Positions 1 to 9,899 of a stretch of DNA of 64,000 nucleotides are shown one piece after another. Source of the stretch: an uncultured Bacilli bacterium (GTDB lineage Bacteria; Bacillota_I; Bacilli_A; RF39; UBA660); NCBI GenBank assembly GCA_944359065.1, contig CALVSP010000001.1:4314-68313 (forward strand), in the 5' to 3' direction. The position numbers and the translations under genes are program-made. Under the pieces are notes generated by a model. The model made no database searches, was not told the DNA's origin, and saw only the letters and a program-made list of their open reading frames with translations. The first letter of the stretch is position 1, and each line of letters begins with the position of its first letter.

Positions 1-88
1 TTAACTTGCTTAAGTTTATGCTCTTAAATACAATAAAATGATTATCGTTCTACTAACATCGTAGTCTATATTTAAACAGCCTATGAAT

Positions 89-1657
89 TTAATTACAAGC
101 CTTTTCTTTTGATTGTCCTTCACTATTGAATAAATCTAAAAGACTTGAATCAATATTTGAATTGGTATCTGTATCATTTTTATTATTTGCTCTTTCTATT
201 TCTAATTGTTCTTTATAATGCCGATTATCATTCAGGCAATTTTCTAATAGGTTATTTGTGAATTTAGCAGCTGATTCATACCTTTCATTATCTTCTTTTA
301 ATTCTTCTACCTTGTTTTTTAAATATTGAAGCATCACTTCATTATCAACTTTTTCATCTAAGCTCTCTTGAGTATAATAAATTAAATTATATTCTTTATC
401 TGCCTTTACCAATATTTGATTAATTAAATTGCCATCTAATGATTTTAATAAAGATACTTCAATTACTTTGCTTCGATTTGATGAATTATCTCCTTTTACT
501 GCTAAAATAACCGATGAATATGTTTTTACTATATCTGAAATATAAGACAAATTATAATAAACCCCTTGTTCTAAAAGTTCATTATATGTTGATAAAGATT
601 CATTTGTTACTATTATGGGTATTTGATCACCTGTGCCTAGAAAATTAGATGCCATATCTTTAAAAAAGCTATAATACTCTTTTTCAACTAAATTACGATT
701 TGTAATAATTCGCCTACTAGTTTCAATATGTAAATTTGATAATCCATCTATTACAATTAAATCTATTGGTTTATTAGTTGACTTAACAAATTTATCATTT
801 GCAATAGTAAACAATCTTTGAAAAACAAATATATTTTGCATATTTAAATCTTCCTCATCAAATAATGCTAAATGTGTATCAAAATAATTTTTTATATCAC
901 GATAAAGACAACCATATGTATCTCTATTTTTTTTATTTATCAACTCTAATTTACTCAATGATTTACCAAATTTCAAATCACAAGAATGCCTACTTATAAG
1001 GTCTAAGTAAATATTTTTTTGGTTGTAATCAAATGATAAAAACAAAACATTTTTTCCTTGCATAATTAATTTATAAACCATATTAATTACAATCATGTGT
1101 CGATAAATTTTGTCCATTCCTACAATTGAAGTAACCTTACCAATTGGTAATCCATGGGTCATTTCATCTATATTTTTAATACCAGTTGGAATTCCATCTA
1201 AAAGTCGTTCTTCATCTAAATCAACGAAACATTCTAACTCACTCAATATATTTCTATCTTTTATTTCAATGTTAGCCTTATATCTTTTATTAATTATGTC
1301 AATTGCTTCTTTGCTAAATACATCATAATTTGTTATATCTAACACATCATTACAAATTTTTTGATTGTATTGTTTTCTTCTTTTAATAGTCCATTCATCA
1401 ATCATAATTAATATTTTTGACTCTTCATACGGTACTATTGAATTAATTTCTTCTATATTCATTCCATTCTGTTTTAGAACAGAAGAAATATTGTGTTTAC
1501 CTAAAATAGCATAATTATCTATAATTGCATCACATAACTTTTTTTCTTCATTATTAAGAACATCAGCATTATATAAATATCTAATTTGGTCCTTATTAGT
1601 TAAAGATAATAATATTTTTATAAGATCATTATCAATATTTTTTATCAAAGTTCTCAC
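89..1657 (-). CDS. DnaB-like replicative helicase C-terminal domain protein; the Walker A position reads GMDKIY rather than GxGKT
   Basis: 522-aa ORF. The segment GIPTGIKNIDEMTHGLPIGKVTSIVGMD...VLFLSFDYNQKNIYLDLISRHS follows the DnaB C-domain pattern (GxxTGfxxLDxxTxGLxxGxLiiiaaRPsMGKT...vlfFSLEMsxxQlxxR) but lacks the GKT lysine/threonine. Confidence 0.5.
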   Translation of the reverse strand: MRTLIKNIDNDLIKILLSLTNKDQIRYLYNADVLNNEEKKLCDAIIDNYAILGKHNISSVLKQNGMNIEEINSIVPYEESKILIMIDEWTIKRRKQYNQKICNDVLDITNYDVFSKEAIDIINKRYKANIEIKDRNILSELECFVDLDEERLLDGIPTGIKNIDEMTHGLPIGKVTSIVGMDKIYRHMIVINMVYKLIMQGKNVLFLSFDYNQKNIYLDLISRHSCDLKFGKSLSKLELINKKNRDTYGCLYRDIKNYFDTHLALFDEEDLNMQNIFVFQRLFTIANDKFVKSTNKPIDLIVIDGLSNLHIETSRRIITNRNLVEKEYYSFFKDMASNFLGTGDQIPIIVTNESLSTYNELLEQGVYYNLSYISDIVKTYSSVILAVKGDNSSNRSKVIEVSLLKSLDGNLINQILVKADKEYNLIYYTQESLDEKVDNEVMLQYLKNKVEELKEDNERYESAAKFTNNLLENCLNDNRHYKEQLEIERANNKNDTDTNSNIDSSLLDLFNSEGQSKEKACN

Positions 1658-1756
1658 ATCCTTTTATATATATACTAAATAATTTGGAAATTCCCTTACA
1701 AAACAGGATATTTTCATTTTTTCATTAACATAACTTTATGTTTTTTTCACACAAGT

Positions 1757-2941
1757 TTATAGTTCATCATATGGCACTTCTCCTAAATAGACTTTAAGAC
1801 TTTTTATAATTTCTGGTTTTATCTCATCTGATTTTTCATTCCAATATTCATTCAATTCCTTATGATATTGTTCTCGTTCTTTTTCTTCTTGACTTTTATC
1901 TTTACAATCTTCTGGATTAATTTCAGAATAATTATAATAACTTATCTTGTTTTCCTGCTCCATTTTCCTTAATACCTTACAAGCTATTTTTAATATATGT
2001 TTACTTTGCCTGTTATAATTACTTTTAATCTTCAGTATTGGATCTTCAACAAACCTCGTTAATTCTCCTAAATCTATTTCAAATGAAACTTTAGGATTTA
2101 ATGCTTTAGTGCGAAGTCCTTTTTCTATAAATATAATTCTAGCCAAATACATAGCTACCAAATTTTCCTTTACTTGATTAAAATTAACTTTAAAGAATTC
2201 TACTGGTGCTAGAGTTGAGTATCTTTTAGAATTTTTAAGTATTTTACCTAACATACCAAATGAATAGCTGAATCTTACATTATTAGAACCATCTTGAAAT
2301 GAATTGTTTATTTTAATTAAAGATTGTGCCAATTCAATATTATTTACACCATAATTTAAATTTCTAAATACAGCATTAGTCTTAATATATAATTCCTTAT
2401 TACATAGTAGATTGATAGTTATTAAATATCTATTGTATGTATCATTATTTAAAACTATATTTCTTCGAGAAATAGCCATCGATCTATACATTATTTCCAT
2501 TTCTTTTAACGAAATAGAAAAATCATAAGGACTATCTAGATATTTATCTAATAATATATTCATAATGTATTTTTCATTATTAGAAAGACATAGATATTTA
2601 CCATATTTATCATATATTTCTTCTGAATGTTTTTCTAAATCTGAAAAATCATCTTTACCATATTTGATTTTTGCTTTTTTATAATACTCAAACTCTATGT
2701 GCAGATCTTCGTTTAAAATACGATCAATATTCTTTATCAATGTCCCACTCTCTATTTTACTATCTAGCTTTTCCTCTAGTTTTTTTCTAAACCCTATTTC
2801 AAAATTATCACGCTTAATAGTATTTATTAAATATGGTTGCCCATCAATTATTTTATATATAACTGTATCTAAATTTAAATTAAACAACTCATATAATACT
2901 TCATCATGAATCATATATCGTTCTTCACGCATTCTTCTCAT
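1757..2941 (-). CDS. hypothetical protein, possibly a replication-associated protein of the mobile element
   Basis: 394-aa ORF lying between the helicase-like and recombinase genes. No recognisable motif; assigned from context only. Confidence 0.3.
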   Translation of the reverse strand: MRRMREERYMIHDEVLYELFNLNLDTVIYKIIDGQPYLINTIKRDNFEIGFRKKLEEKLDSKIESGTLIKNIDRILNEDLHIEFEYYKKAKIKYGKDDFSDLEKHSEEIYDKYGKYLCLSNNEKYIMNILLDKYLDSPYDFSISLKEMEIMYRSMAISRRNIVLNNDTYNRYLITINLLCNKELYIKTNAVFRNLNYGVNNIELAQSLIKINNSFQDGSNNVRFSYSFGMLGKILKNSKRYSTLAPVEFFKVNFNQVKENLVAMYLARIIFIEKGLRTKALNPKVSFEIDLGELTRFVEDPILKIKSNYNRQSKHILKIACKVLRKMEQENKISYYNYSEINPEDCKDKSQEEKEREQYHKELNEYWNEKSDEIKPEIIKSLKVYLGEVPYDEL

Positions 2942-2944
2942 TTT

Positions 2945-3208
2945 CTACCTCCTGTTATAATATCTAAATTTTCTTACTTCTTCTGCATCTAATGCTAATA
3001 CTTCAAGATAACAATCTTTACATAGAGGGTAAGATGGATTTGAAACACATCTGTTACATCCTTCTCTTCTACACCTAACATTTTTGTAGTTTGATTTAAA
3101 TAAAATCATACATTTTTTGCAATTTCTTGCACTACAAATATAATCATATTTTTTACCACATGACATACATCTTGAATGTAATTCGTACATAAATTCACCT
3201 CCTGTCAC
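2945..3208 (-). CDS. small Cys-rich zinc-ribbon protein
   Basis: 87 aa with many CxxC pairs (CMSCGKK...CSARNCKKC...CRREGCNRC...CKDCY). Its stop is 3 bp from the start of the upstream ORF. Confidence 0.4.
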   Translation of the reverse strand: MTGGEFMYELHSRCMSCGKKYDYICSARNCKKCMILFKSNYKNVRCRREGCNRCVSNPSYPLCKDCYLEVLALDAEEVRKFRYYNRR

Positions 3209-3327
3209 CTTTAATTATACATTTAAGGTATATTCTAAAAGAATTGGTTTAATTATCGTAAAATTCGTAAAATATATTGACTTATAAAAAATAATAATTA
3301 TAATATTTAGCAAGGAGGAGATAAAGT

Positions 3328-4296
3328 ATGATTAAATATTTTTTAGAAAAGGAATTAAATTACTATTATGATGATGATATTAAAACTGATGGTGGAAGTA
3401 TTTATCAACAAGATTTGGCTATATTAAATTTGTGTGAAAGGAATCATAGTAGAATAATTGAAAAAGTTTTTGTTAGTTTAGATGATGTTCTTCATGAACT
3501 TATCGAGTTAGGTAAAACATTTTACAATAACAACATTAAAGATGATGACAATAATCATCTTACAGAAAACATAAAAATACTAGAAAAGTGGATTGAAGAA
3601 AATGAAGTTAGTGTAAAGAGCAAAATAAATTATTCTGAAATATATACAATAGACTTATTTAAAAATATTGAAAATGAGGCAGACATAATTTCTAAATGTG
3701 AAAAATTATATATTGTAAATTACATATATGGACATTATAAAGAAAGAAATTTTATTACCTTCTATAACAAAATGAAAAAGCTGATAATTGATCGTGTGAA
3801 TATGTCTGTATTTATTTCAGATATTCTAAACTTTTATAATGATGAAAATATAACCTTAGATAAATTTTATGAAGATATAAATAACAAGCAAAGATTTAAA
3901 GAGATATTACACAAAGAAGACTTTTATGCGCAACTATTATTGCATTTACTAATTTTATATTTAAATTTTAATGATGTAAACATTAAAGTATGTCTTCCAA
4001 TATATATACATGAAAAATCAATATATCATTACTATTGTTCTGCCAATTCTATTTATGATTTAGCAGCTTATCAACTTTTACTTAATTTAACTTCTTCTTT
4101 TGAAGGCAGTAAAGTTAAACCTTGTCATAATAAAAAATGTCATAACTTAGTTGAAATAAAAGGAAATACAAAATATTGTAAAAAATGCAGAGATAGTGGT
4201 ATTGCTAAAAAACTTGCAGATAAAGCTTATAATGAAAGTAAAAAAGGTAAAGAAACAAGAAAAAAACATTACGAAAGCAAAAAAAATAAACAATAA
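3328..4296 (+). CDS. hypothetical protein with C-terminal Cys4 zinc ribbon and lysine-rich tail
   Basis: 322 aa. A strong RBS (aaggaggag) precedes the ATG. The C-terminus reads CHNKKCHN...CKKCRDSG followed by a K-rich tail. Confidence 0.45.
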   Translation: MIKYFLEKELNYYYDDDIKTDGGSIYQQDLAILNLCERNHSRIIEKVFVSLDDVLHELIELGKTFYNNNIKDDDNNHLTENIKILEKWIEENEVSVKSKINYSEIYTIDLFKNIENEADIISKCEKLYIVNYIYGHYKERNFITFYNKMKKLIIDRVNMSVFISDILNFYNDENITLDKFYEDINNKQRFKEILHKEDFYAQLLLHLLILYLNFNDVNIKVCLPIYIHEKSIYHYYCSANSIYDLAAYQLLLNLTSSFEGSKVKPCHNKKCHNLVEIKGNTKYCKKCRDSGIAKKLADKAYNESKKGKETRKKHYESKKNKQ

Positions 4297-4299
4297 TCA

Positions 4300-4908
4300 T
4301 CAATTGCTTATTTTTTTTATCCAATTTGTTATTGTATTTCTTGATACACAACATAATCTACTTAATTCAATTAAGTTAATATGCCCATTTACATAATCTA
4401 TATAATACTTAGCAAAATTAGGACATTTAGCATAAATCCTTTCTTTTGTTAATTTAGGTTGTCCACCTATCCTTCCCTGTTCTCTTGCTGTTATTAAGCC
4501 ATCTTTTACATTTTCTACTATTATTAATCTTGTTAATTCTGCAACTAACCCTAACATGAGTAATTGTCCTTCAGTTAAAGCTGATAAATTATTTCTACAG
4601 TCAATTATAAAATCACCAAATACTAATTTTACTTTGTACTGTTTCGCATATTCAACTAATTCCATTAACTGCTTTAAAGATCTTGTTGCTCTTGATACAT
4701 CTGAAAAATATATTTCTTTAGATTCTACATTTGATAGTTTTACATACTCTAATAATTTCTGAAACTCAATTCTTTCAGATTTAGCACCACTAGCGTATTC
4801 TTTATAAATATTTTCTTTAGATACTCCATTATTAATAGCAAATCTAATCTGTCTATCTAAACTTTGTTTATCTTGTGTTGTAGAACATCTACAATATGCC
4901 CACTTCAT
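4300..4908 (-). CDS. small serine recombinase (resolvase/invertase family)
   Basis: 202 aa. N-terminal catalytic motif MKWAYCRCSTTQDKQSLDRQ with the Ser nucleophile and conserved R/Q. C-terminal HTH (IELSRLCCVSRNTITNWIKK). Confidence 0.85.
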   Translation of the reverse strand: MKWAYCRCSTTQDKQSLDRQIRFAINNGVSKENIYKEYASGAKSERIEFQKLLEYVKLSNVESKEIYFSDVSRATRSLKQLMELVEYAKQYKVKLVFGDFIIDCRNNLSALTEGQLLMLGLVAELTRLIIVENVKDGLITAREQGRIGGQPKLTKERIYAKCPNFAKYYIDYVNGHINLIELSRLCCVSRNTITNWIKKISN

Positions 4909-5095
4909 AATATCTCCTCTCTATGCCCAAAGAAACCTATTTTAAGTAAATTGAACATTTTTATTAAAAAATCACCAAATCAACCAACAAAATCAAATAC
5001 ATTTTGCACATAATTAAGTACCCAACATAACAATTGTTTCTTTGAACAAACATATTAAAATAATAGCACCACAATTTAAAGGTGCTATTATAGTT

Positions 5096-5419
5096 TTAAG
5101 CTGGTTTGTTGCTTGATAAAAATGATATTTTTTCTGCTATTAATTGTACTGTTTTTACTTCAACACCATTGATATTTTTTAAGTTTGATTCCAATCTACC
5201 TCTTATTCCTAAAAAATCTCCTTTTTTACAATATTCATTTGCTAATTGAGCAACAGATTGGAATAAAATGCAATCTATAAAATCTGTTCCATACTCACCA
5301 TTAATATTTTTGATATTTCTTGGAACTGCTAAACATAATTGGCACACATCTTTATCTTCAATTTTCTTATACTCTATATCTTTTACAACTCGGCCAACTA
5401 ATACTGATTGATTTAACAT
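5096..5419 (-). CDS. ssb: single-stranded DNA-binding protein (short phage/plasmid type, no acidic tail)
   Basis: 107 aa. N-terminus MLNQSVLVGRVVKDIEYKK...CLAVPRN matches the SSB OB-fold signature (MlNkVxLvGRltkDPE...). Confidence 0.75.
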   Translation of the reverse strand: MLNQSVLVGRVVKDIEYKKIEDKDVCQLCLAVPRNIKNINGEYGTDFIDCILFQSVAQLANEYCKKGDFLGIRGRLESNLKNINGVEVKTVQLIAEKISFLSSNKPA

Positions 5420-5480
5420 TTCTACACCTACCTTCCTACTCTCCTATTGTAAACATTATTAAAATAATTACCAGACTTAA

Positions 5481-5526
5481 TAACAAAAAATAACAAAAAT
5501 CTGCCTATAATGACTAATTTTTGTTA
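5481..5526 (-). terminator. rho-independent terminator downstream of the XRE gene
   Basis: 10-bp inverted repeat taacaaaaat / atttttgtta with a 16-nt loop, followed on the minus strand by a T-run. Confidence 0.4.
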
Positions 5527-5533
5527 TTTTATT

Positions 5534-5785
5534 TTAAATATCTTTAAATAATTCTTGAATAGGAATATCAAGTGCTTTAGCAATTTGACTTAAATCATTT
5601 AAGGTAAGTCTTCTTTTAGTACCAATTGCTAAGATCCTTTTTATTTTGCTTTCCTTTAAATCAGTTCTATCTTTTAAATAATTAACATATTTCTTTTTGC
5701 TATCATTAACTTCAATTTTTTCATCTATGTGTTTAATAATATTCATAACTACTTTATCTTGAAATCTTATATAATTAGTATTCAT
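5534..5785 (-). CDS. XRE-family helix-turn-helix transcriptional regulator
   Basis: 83 aa. The C-terminal part LTLNDLSQIAKALDIPIQELF is a typical HTH_XRE motif. Confidence 0.75.
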   Translation of the reverse strand: MNTNYIRFQDKVVMNIIKHIDEKIEVNDSKKKYVNYLKDRTDLKESKIKRILAIGTKRRLTLNDLSQIAKALDIPIQELFKDI

Positions 5786-6063
5786 TAATATTCCTTTGCA
5801 AACATTATAGTGGTATAACTTCTATCTCTTTCAGTAGTTATATATACCTTACCTTTTGAAGTTAGATAAGCACCTAACAATCTTTCATTATTAATCAAAG
5901 CTAAGTCATTTGCCTTTTTATCTTCTGCTTCTAAATTTCCCCAATTGCCACTAATAAACTTTATAAATATACTAATTATTTCATAAAGATAATATTCATC
6001 CTCTTTAAGTGCTTGGTCTATTCCATTTGTTTTATAGACTTTACCAACATTAAATTTCACCAT
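5785..6063 (-). CDS. hypothetical protein
   Basis: 92-aa ORF. The 83-bp repeat copy A lies directly upstream. Confidence 0.45.
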   Translation of the reverse strand: MVKFNVGKVYKTNGIDQALKEDEYYLYEIISIFIKFISGNWGNLEAEDKKANDLALINNERLLGAYLTSKGKVYITTERDRSYTTIMFAKEY

Positions 6064-6122
6064 AATATATCACTCTCCTTATGTTCTAGTTGTATTTGCG
6101 TTATGTACTTTAATTAAACAAT

Positions 6123-6205
6123 CTTATCAAACAAAATAAACGATTGTGGCAACTTTAAATATTATTTAACACATGACACACCACCCCAAAACAAATGTCA
6201 AAAAT
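6123..6205. repeat. 83-bp direct repeat, copy A (1 mismatch to copy B)
   Basis: cttatca[a/c]acaaaataaacgattgtggcaactttaaatattatttaacacatgacacaccaccccaaaacaaatgtcaaaaatt occurs again at 8862..8945. Confidence 0.85.
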
Positions 6206-6208
6206 TCA

Positions 6209-6475
6209 CTAGTCTAACCAACTTAAATCTTGTTCTTGTACATCATCATTATTGGTTTCTTGTGATTTCCATGATTGAAGTATTTTATATATGTATCTAA
6301 AACTAACAGCACTATTATATACTGCTTGCTTTAATGCTTTAATTATAGTGTCATCAGAAAATCCTTCTTTTTTCCAATCATCAATAATTTCTTTTTCAAG
6401 TGGAGTTAATAATCTATTAAACTCACATTGAAAAATATGATATATATCTAAATGTTCCATATTATCTCCTTTCAT
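6209..6475 (-). CDS. DnaD-domain protein (replisome organiser / DnaD C-terminal domain)
   Basis: 88 aa. LTPLEKEIIDDWKKEGFSDDTIIKALKQAVYNSAVSFRYIYKILQSWKS matches the DnaD_dom consensus (l.p.e.e.l..W...g.s.elI..Al..A.....s..Yi..IL..W). Confidence 0.7.
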   Translation of the reverse strand: MKGDNMEHLDIYHIFQCEFNRLLTPLEKEIIDDWKKEGFSDDTIIKALKQAVYNSAVSFRYIYKILQSWKSQETNNDDVQEQDLSWLD

Positions 6476-6476
6476 A

Positions 6477-7901
6477 TTAACCTACTATTCTATGTAGTAT
6501 TTTTGCCTGCCACAAATCTAAAAATTTTTGTTGTTCTTTACTTGGATTATCATTATGCTTTATTCTTGCTTGAACTATATTATTATGTTGTACCTCAATA
6601 GTAACTAAAGGCTTATCCTTATCATTTATATTTCGTAAAAAATAAATATCAGTTTCAGCTAAAGCATATCTTTGAGAATATGTTTTTACACAATGTTCTA
6701 ACTGATTGGATTCTTCAATTAAACTTTCAATAGAAGGTGCCGGAAAAATTATATATTTGTCATTCTGATATATATTTTGATTCAATGTTTTTAATCTTTG
6801 TTTAATCAATCTATCATTAGCTTCATTTTTGACTACTTCCACTAAATTAGTTACCCTATCATGTTCAAATTTTAAATCTTTCGGATAAAGAACTTTTTTG
6901 TCCTTCATTGGATATTGTAATTCAACACATGCTTTTAAATAGTCTAAATAATCGTATTCATTATTTCTTTTAACTTTTAAAACTTTGTAGTAAGCTTCTT
7001 CCAAATCAACATACCTAGATAATTCCTCTAAATTATTAAAACGTAATAACTTGTTAATAAGTTTAATATCTTCTTTTTTAATTAATATCAATACTTCTAA
7101 TTGCTCATAAGACAAATTATGTTTTTTAATAAAAGTATAAAATGTTTTAGGCACTCCAAATACTTCTTGAAAGTTTTTACCACTTCTAAACTTATCAGCA
7201 CTTTTAGCTAAGTTAAATAGTTTCATTTTTATTAACAATTCAAAACTTGGATAATGTGCTAATCTAGTAAAGTAATCAACAAAATTTATATAATCTCTTT
7301 CCTTTGATATAAATGTATCTAATTGTGAATACTTCAAAACAGTTTTACTTAATATTCTTTTTAAGCCATAAGGACAAACCATTCCTCTAATATCTCTATA
7401 AGACCAACGATAATTTCGGCCTCTCCATGATTTCCTAGGACGAAAATGAGACACATACATGTATCCCATATGATTACAAACTTGATCTGATACAAAATCT
7501 ATTGCTGAATTATTTTCAATAAATGTTCTCATAAATTCAGTTATATTATGACTTACATTATTATTGCTGTAATATGAATAAAGTTCAAAAGTCCTCAATA
7601 CAAATGTATCTTGTATTTTATCTAATAACTGTAAATTATCTTTAAATATATAACTTTGTAATCTATCTGTTTTAACTAATAATTTTTGCTTACAGTTAGG
7701 ACACTTAATTAAACAATTAACCTTTGTTTGTGAGACAAAATTATGCCCACAACACGTACACCAACAAATTCCTCTTTTGCCTTTAATAATCAAATTGTGC
7801 AACTTTTCTCTTTCCATTATAAACTTTTGAAAAGTTGCAGGAATAATAAACTCATTATCTGCTAAATTTAATAGCTCCCTATATTTTTTTCTAATGTACA
7901 C
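6477..7901 (-). CDS. Zn-ribbon-containing protein, tentatively PcfJ-like (conjugative-plasmid/phage associated)
   Basis: 474 aa. N-terminal CWCTCCGH...CLIKCPNCKQK zinc ribbon. The stop lies 1 bp from the DnaD-domain gene. The PcfJ assignment is from memory of the family and has not been verified. Confidence 0.35.
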   Translation of the reverse strand: MYIRKKYRELLNLADNEFIIPATFQKFIMEREKLHNLIIKGKRGICWCTCCGHNFVSQTKVNCLIKCPNCKQKLLVKTDRLQSYIFKDNLQLLDKIQDTFVLRTFELYSYYSNNNVSHNITEFMRTFIENNSAIDFVSDQVCNHMGYMYVSHFRPRKSWRGRNYRWSYRDIRGMVCPYGLKRILSKTVLKYSQLDTFISKERDYINFVDYFTRLAHYPSFELLIKMKLFNLAKSADKFRSGKNFQEVFGVPKTFYTFIKKHNLSYEQLEVLILIKKEDIKLINKLLRFNNLEELSRYVDLEEAYYKVLKVKRNNEYDYLDYLKACVELQYPMKDKKVLYPKDLKFEHDRVTNLVEVVKNEANDRLIKQRLKTLNQNIYQNDKYIIFPAPSIESLIEESNQLEHCVKTYSQRYALAETDIYFLRNINDKDKPLVTIEVQHNNIVQARIKHNDNPSKEQQKFLDLWQAKILHRIVG

Positions 7902-7904
7902 TTA

Positions 7905-8243
7905 TTAGATCTCCAGTTTTAACTGATTATTATCAGCTTTTTGATCTTCTTGTTGTTTTACAGAATTATGTTTAACTATTCCTAGTTTCTCATTACTACT
8001 TGTAAAATATAAAATTGCCCAACTATAAACTTCATCATCTTGAATTATTGCTACACCATTTACTGCTTGTTCTTTTGCCTTTTTATTAATATAACTTACT
8101 AAGTCATCTAAGTTTTTTTCTTCATTAAGATACAATTCACTCATATTAGGTTGTTTCATAAGATGCTTTACTATTACACTTAAGAACTTATCTTTATTTG
8201 TACTTTTCAAATATAATTCTTTAATTCTATTATATCCTTCCAT
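7905..8243 (-). CDS. hypothetical protein
   Basis: The track ORF 7905..8354 overlaps the upstream gene. The start was moved to the internal ATG at 8243, which is preceded by an agagaggt RBS. Confidence 0.4.
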   Translation of the reverse strand: MEGYNRIKELYLKSTNKDKFLSVIVKHLMKQPNMSELYLNEEKNLDDLVSYINKKAKEQAVNGVAIIQDDEVYSWAILYFTSSNEKLGIVKHNSVKQQEDQKADNNQLKLEI

Positions 8244-8271
8244 TGTTATTATTACCTCTCTTATTCTATTG

Positions 8272-8688
8272 TTAAATAGTATCTTTAACAAAAAATCCAT
8301 ATACACATCTTCGACCATTTCTACTTGGATCATAAGTATCATGAATAATACCATTGATTATACAAGTAAGATGTTTTGATAGTTTTGCAATAATAACTTT
8401 ATCATTTGGTAATTCATCTTCTTTTAGATGTACTTTACAACCTGTACCAAATTTCATAGTAGGAATCCAAGTCCAACCTAAATCTGTCAATATTTTAAAT
8501 ATTATATTTTTTGATACACCTATTCTCGAATTACTATTATCTTTATTGCTTTTGGAATAATCATTAATAAGATCATAAACTTTCTTATAATTAAGATTGT
8601 TTGCAATAGCAATTGCTCTACATACACAATCATTTGTATTACCTTTGTAGTACTTATTACGCCCACCATCATCATATATCCATTTCAT
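8272..8688 (-). CDS. hypothetical protein with candidate Cys/His dyad
   Basis: 138 aa, MKWIYDDGGRNKYY...DCVCRAIAIA ... HLTCIINGIIHD. Copy B of the 83-bp repeat lies about 170 bp upstream. Confidence 0.45.
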   Translation of the reverse strand: MKWIYDDGGRNKYYKGNTNDCVCRAIAIANNLNYKKVYDLINDYSKSNKDNSNSRIGVSKNIIFKILTDLGWTWIPTMKFGTGCKVHLKEDELPNDKVIIAKLSKHLTCIINGIIHDTYDPSRNGRRCVYGFFVKDTI

Positions 8689-8861
8689 AAATTCACCTCC
8701 TGATACTATTTAAACAGCTTTAAATTTAATAACAAGAGATGTGTTAAAGAAATAACAAATAATAACAAATAATAACAAACTCATTAATCTAATTAACTTA
8801 AATCTTTTTTTTATCTACAGATATATATCATAATTACAATATAAATAGAAATTCATACAAA

Positions 8862-8945
8862 CTTATCACACAAAATAAACGATTGTGGCAACTTTAAATA
8901 TTATTTAACACATGACACACCACCCCAAAACAAATGTCAAAAATT
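8862..8945. repeat. 83-bp direct repeat, copy B
   Basis: Near-identical to 6123..6205. It sits in a 450-bp AT-rich intergenic region that also contains three tandem copies of aataacaaat (8751..8780). Confidence 0.85.
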
Positions 8946-9146
8946 AAACATTTAACTAGTTACATAACATTTTTACATCATACCTATCTAAGCATTAAAT
9001 TTAAACATAAATAAAAAATGCACATTCTTATAAAACATGCATTTTAAATCAAAATATATGATAACATCAATTATAACGTTTCATTCATTACTATTATTAC
9101 TAAATATCTTTTTATCAATAAATATTATAACTGACTAAAATTAATT

Positions 9147-9509
9147 TTATAGTCTTTTTAAAACTTCTTTACACACGTTGTTTTTGTCACAAATAATTTC
9201 TAAACAATCATCCCATCTATATATACGATTGTTATTATTTGAAATATCAACATCGGAATGCTTTCCAATTATGTCTTCTATATTGTTTAATTTTTTTCCT
9301 ATAATATCTTCTTGTTCAAACATTCTATTTATTTGTGTTTGTAAAGTAGCTTTAGGTATATTTTCACCAATAGCATTAGCTATAGCAAAAAATATTCCAC
9401 TAAAAACAGTTATAAATATTGCTGGATAAAATCCATTTAAAGTTACTATTATTCCTCCCAAAAATAATATAGCACCTATTATATACATTAAACATCCAAT
9501 CGCAAACAT
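9147..9509 (-). CDS. small integral membrane protein
   Basis: 120 aa with three hydrophobic helices at the N-terminus. Confidence 0.5.
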   Translation of the reverse strand: MFAIGCLMYIIGAILFLGGIIVTLNGFYPAIFITVFSGIFFAIANAIGENIPKATLQTQINRMFEQEDIIGKKLNNIEDIIGKHSDVDISNNNNRIYRWDDCLEIICDKNNVCKEVLKRL

Positions 9510-9523
9510 AATTATATCACCAC

Positions 9524-9898
9524 TTATTCAATGTTACTTAAAAAATCGAATTTAACATCATCCAAATAAAATGAATCTGTATCACTTGAAATAGTTTTTA
9601 TGTCATTTTTATCTTCTTCAAGGTACGTCCATTGAATTTTTAAGGTTTTAGTCTCTTTATAAAAATCTACAATACATATTCCTAAGTCTTCTTCACCAAG
9701 TCTTATCACACAAGTAGGCTTTGAAAGTTTGGTATTTAATTCAGGGTCATTTATAATTAATGTATAACCACTAGAACTTTTCCATTTGCTATGATATATA
9801 TTTTTATTTGTTGATTCAGAACTACAACCTGTAATCATTAAAATAGATAATATAAAAGCAATTATAGGAATTACTAATTTCTTTAATTTATCTTGCAT
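9524..9898 (-). CDS. lipoprotein
   Basis: 124 aa with signal peptide and lipobox LMITGC. Confidence 0.55.
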   Translation of the reverse strand: MQDKLKKLVIPIIAFILSILMITGCSSESTNKNIYHSKWKSSSGYTLIINDPELNTKLSKPTCVIRLGEEDLGICIVDFYKETKTLKIQWTYLEEDKNDIKTISSDTDSFYLDDVKFDFLSNIE

Positions 9899-9899
9899 A

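Noticed and set aside
1110-1328. Short ORFs from the track that lie antisense to, or inside, longer well-supported genes. These are 1110..1328, 2697..2909, 4196..4396, 4556..4762, 8354..8560, 9178..9429, 10039..10419, 14170..14394, 14612..14836, 16307..16561, 19518..19772, 20583..20912, 22058..22249, 24901..25083, 27659..27958, 40440..40625, 41199..41414, 46518..46763, 54073..54309 and 56340..56678.
   Set aside because: Each is 60-130 codons, embedded in or antisense to a larger ORF with recognisable homology or a coherent operon context, and their products are low-complexity. In AT-rich DNA such shadow ORFs are expected by chance.
8751-8780. Three tandem copies of aataacaaat in the 8.7-9.1 kb spacer
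   Set aside because: The tract is too short and AT-simple to assign a function. It is probably slippage-prone filler and is only mentioned under the repeat-B feature.
6123-8945. The 83-bp repeats as terminal inverted repeats of an IS element or transposon
   Set aside because: The copies are direct, not inverted. No transposase is encoded between them. The only recombinase nearby is a small serine resolvase outside the bracketed segment.
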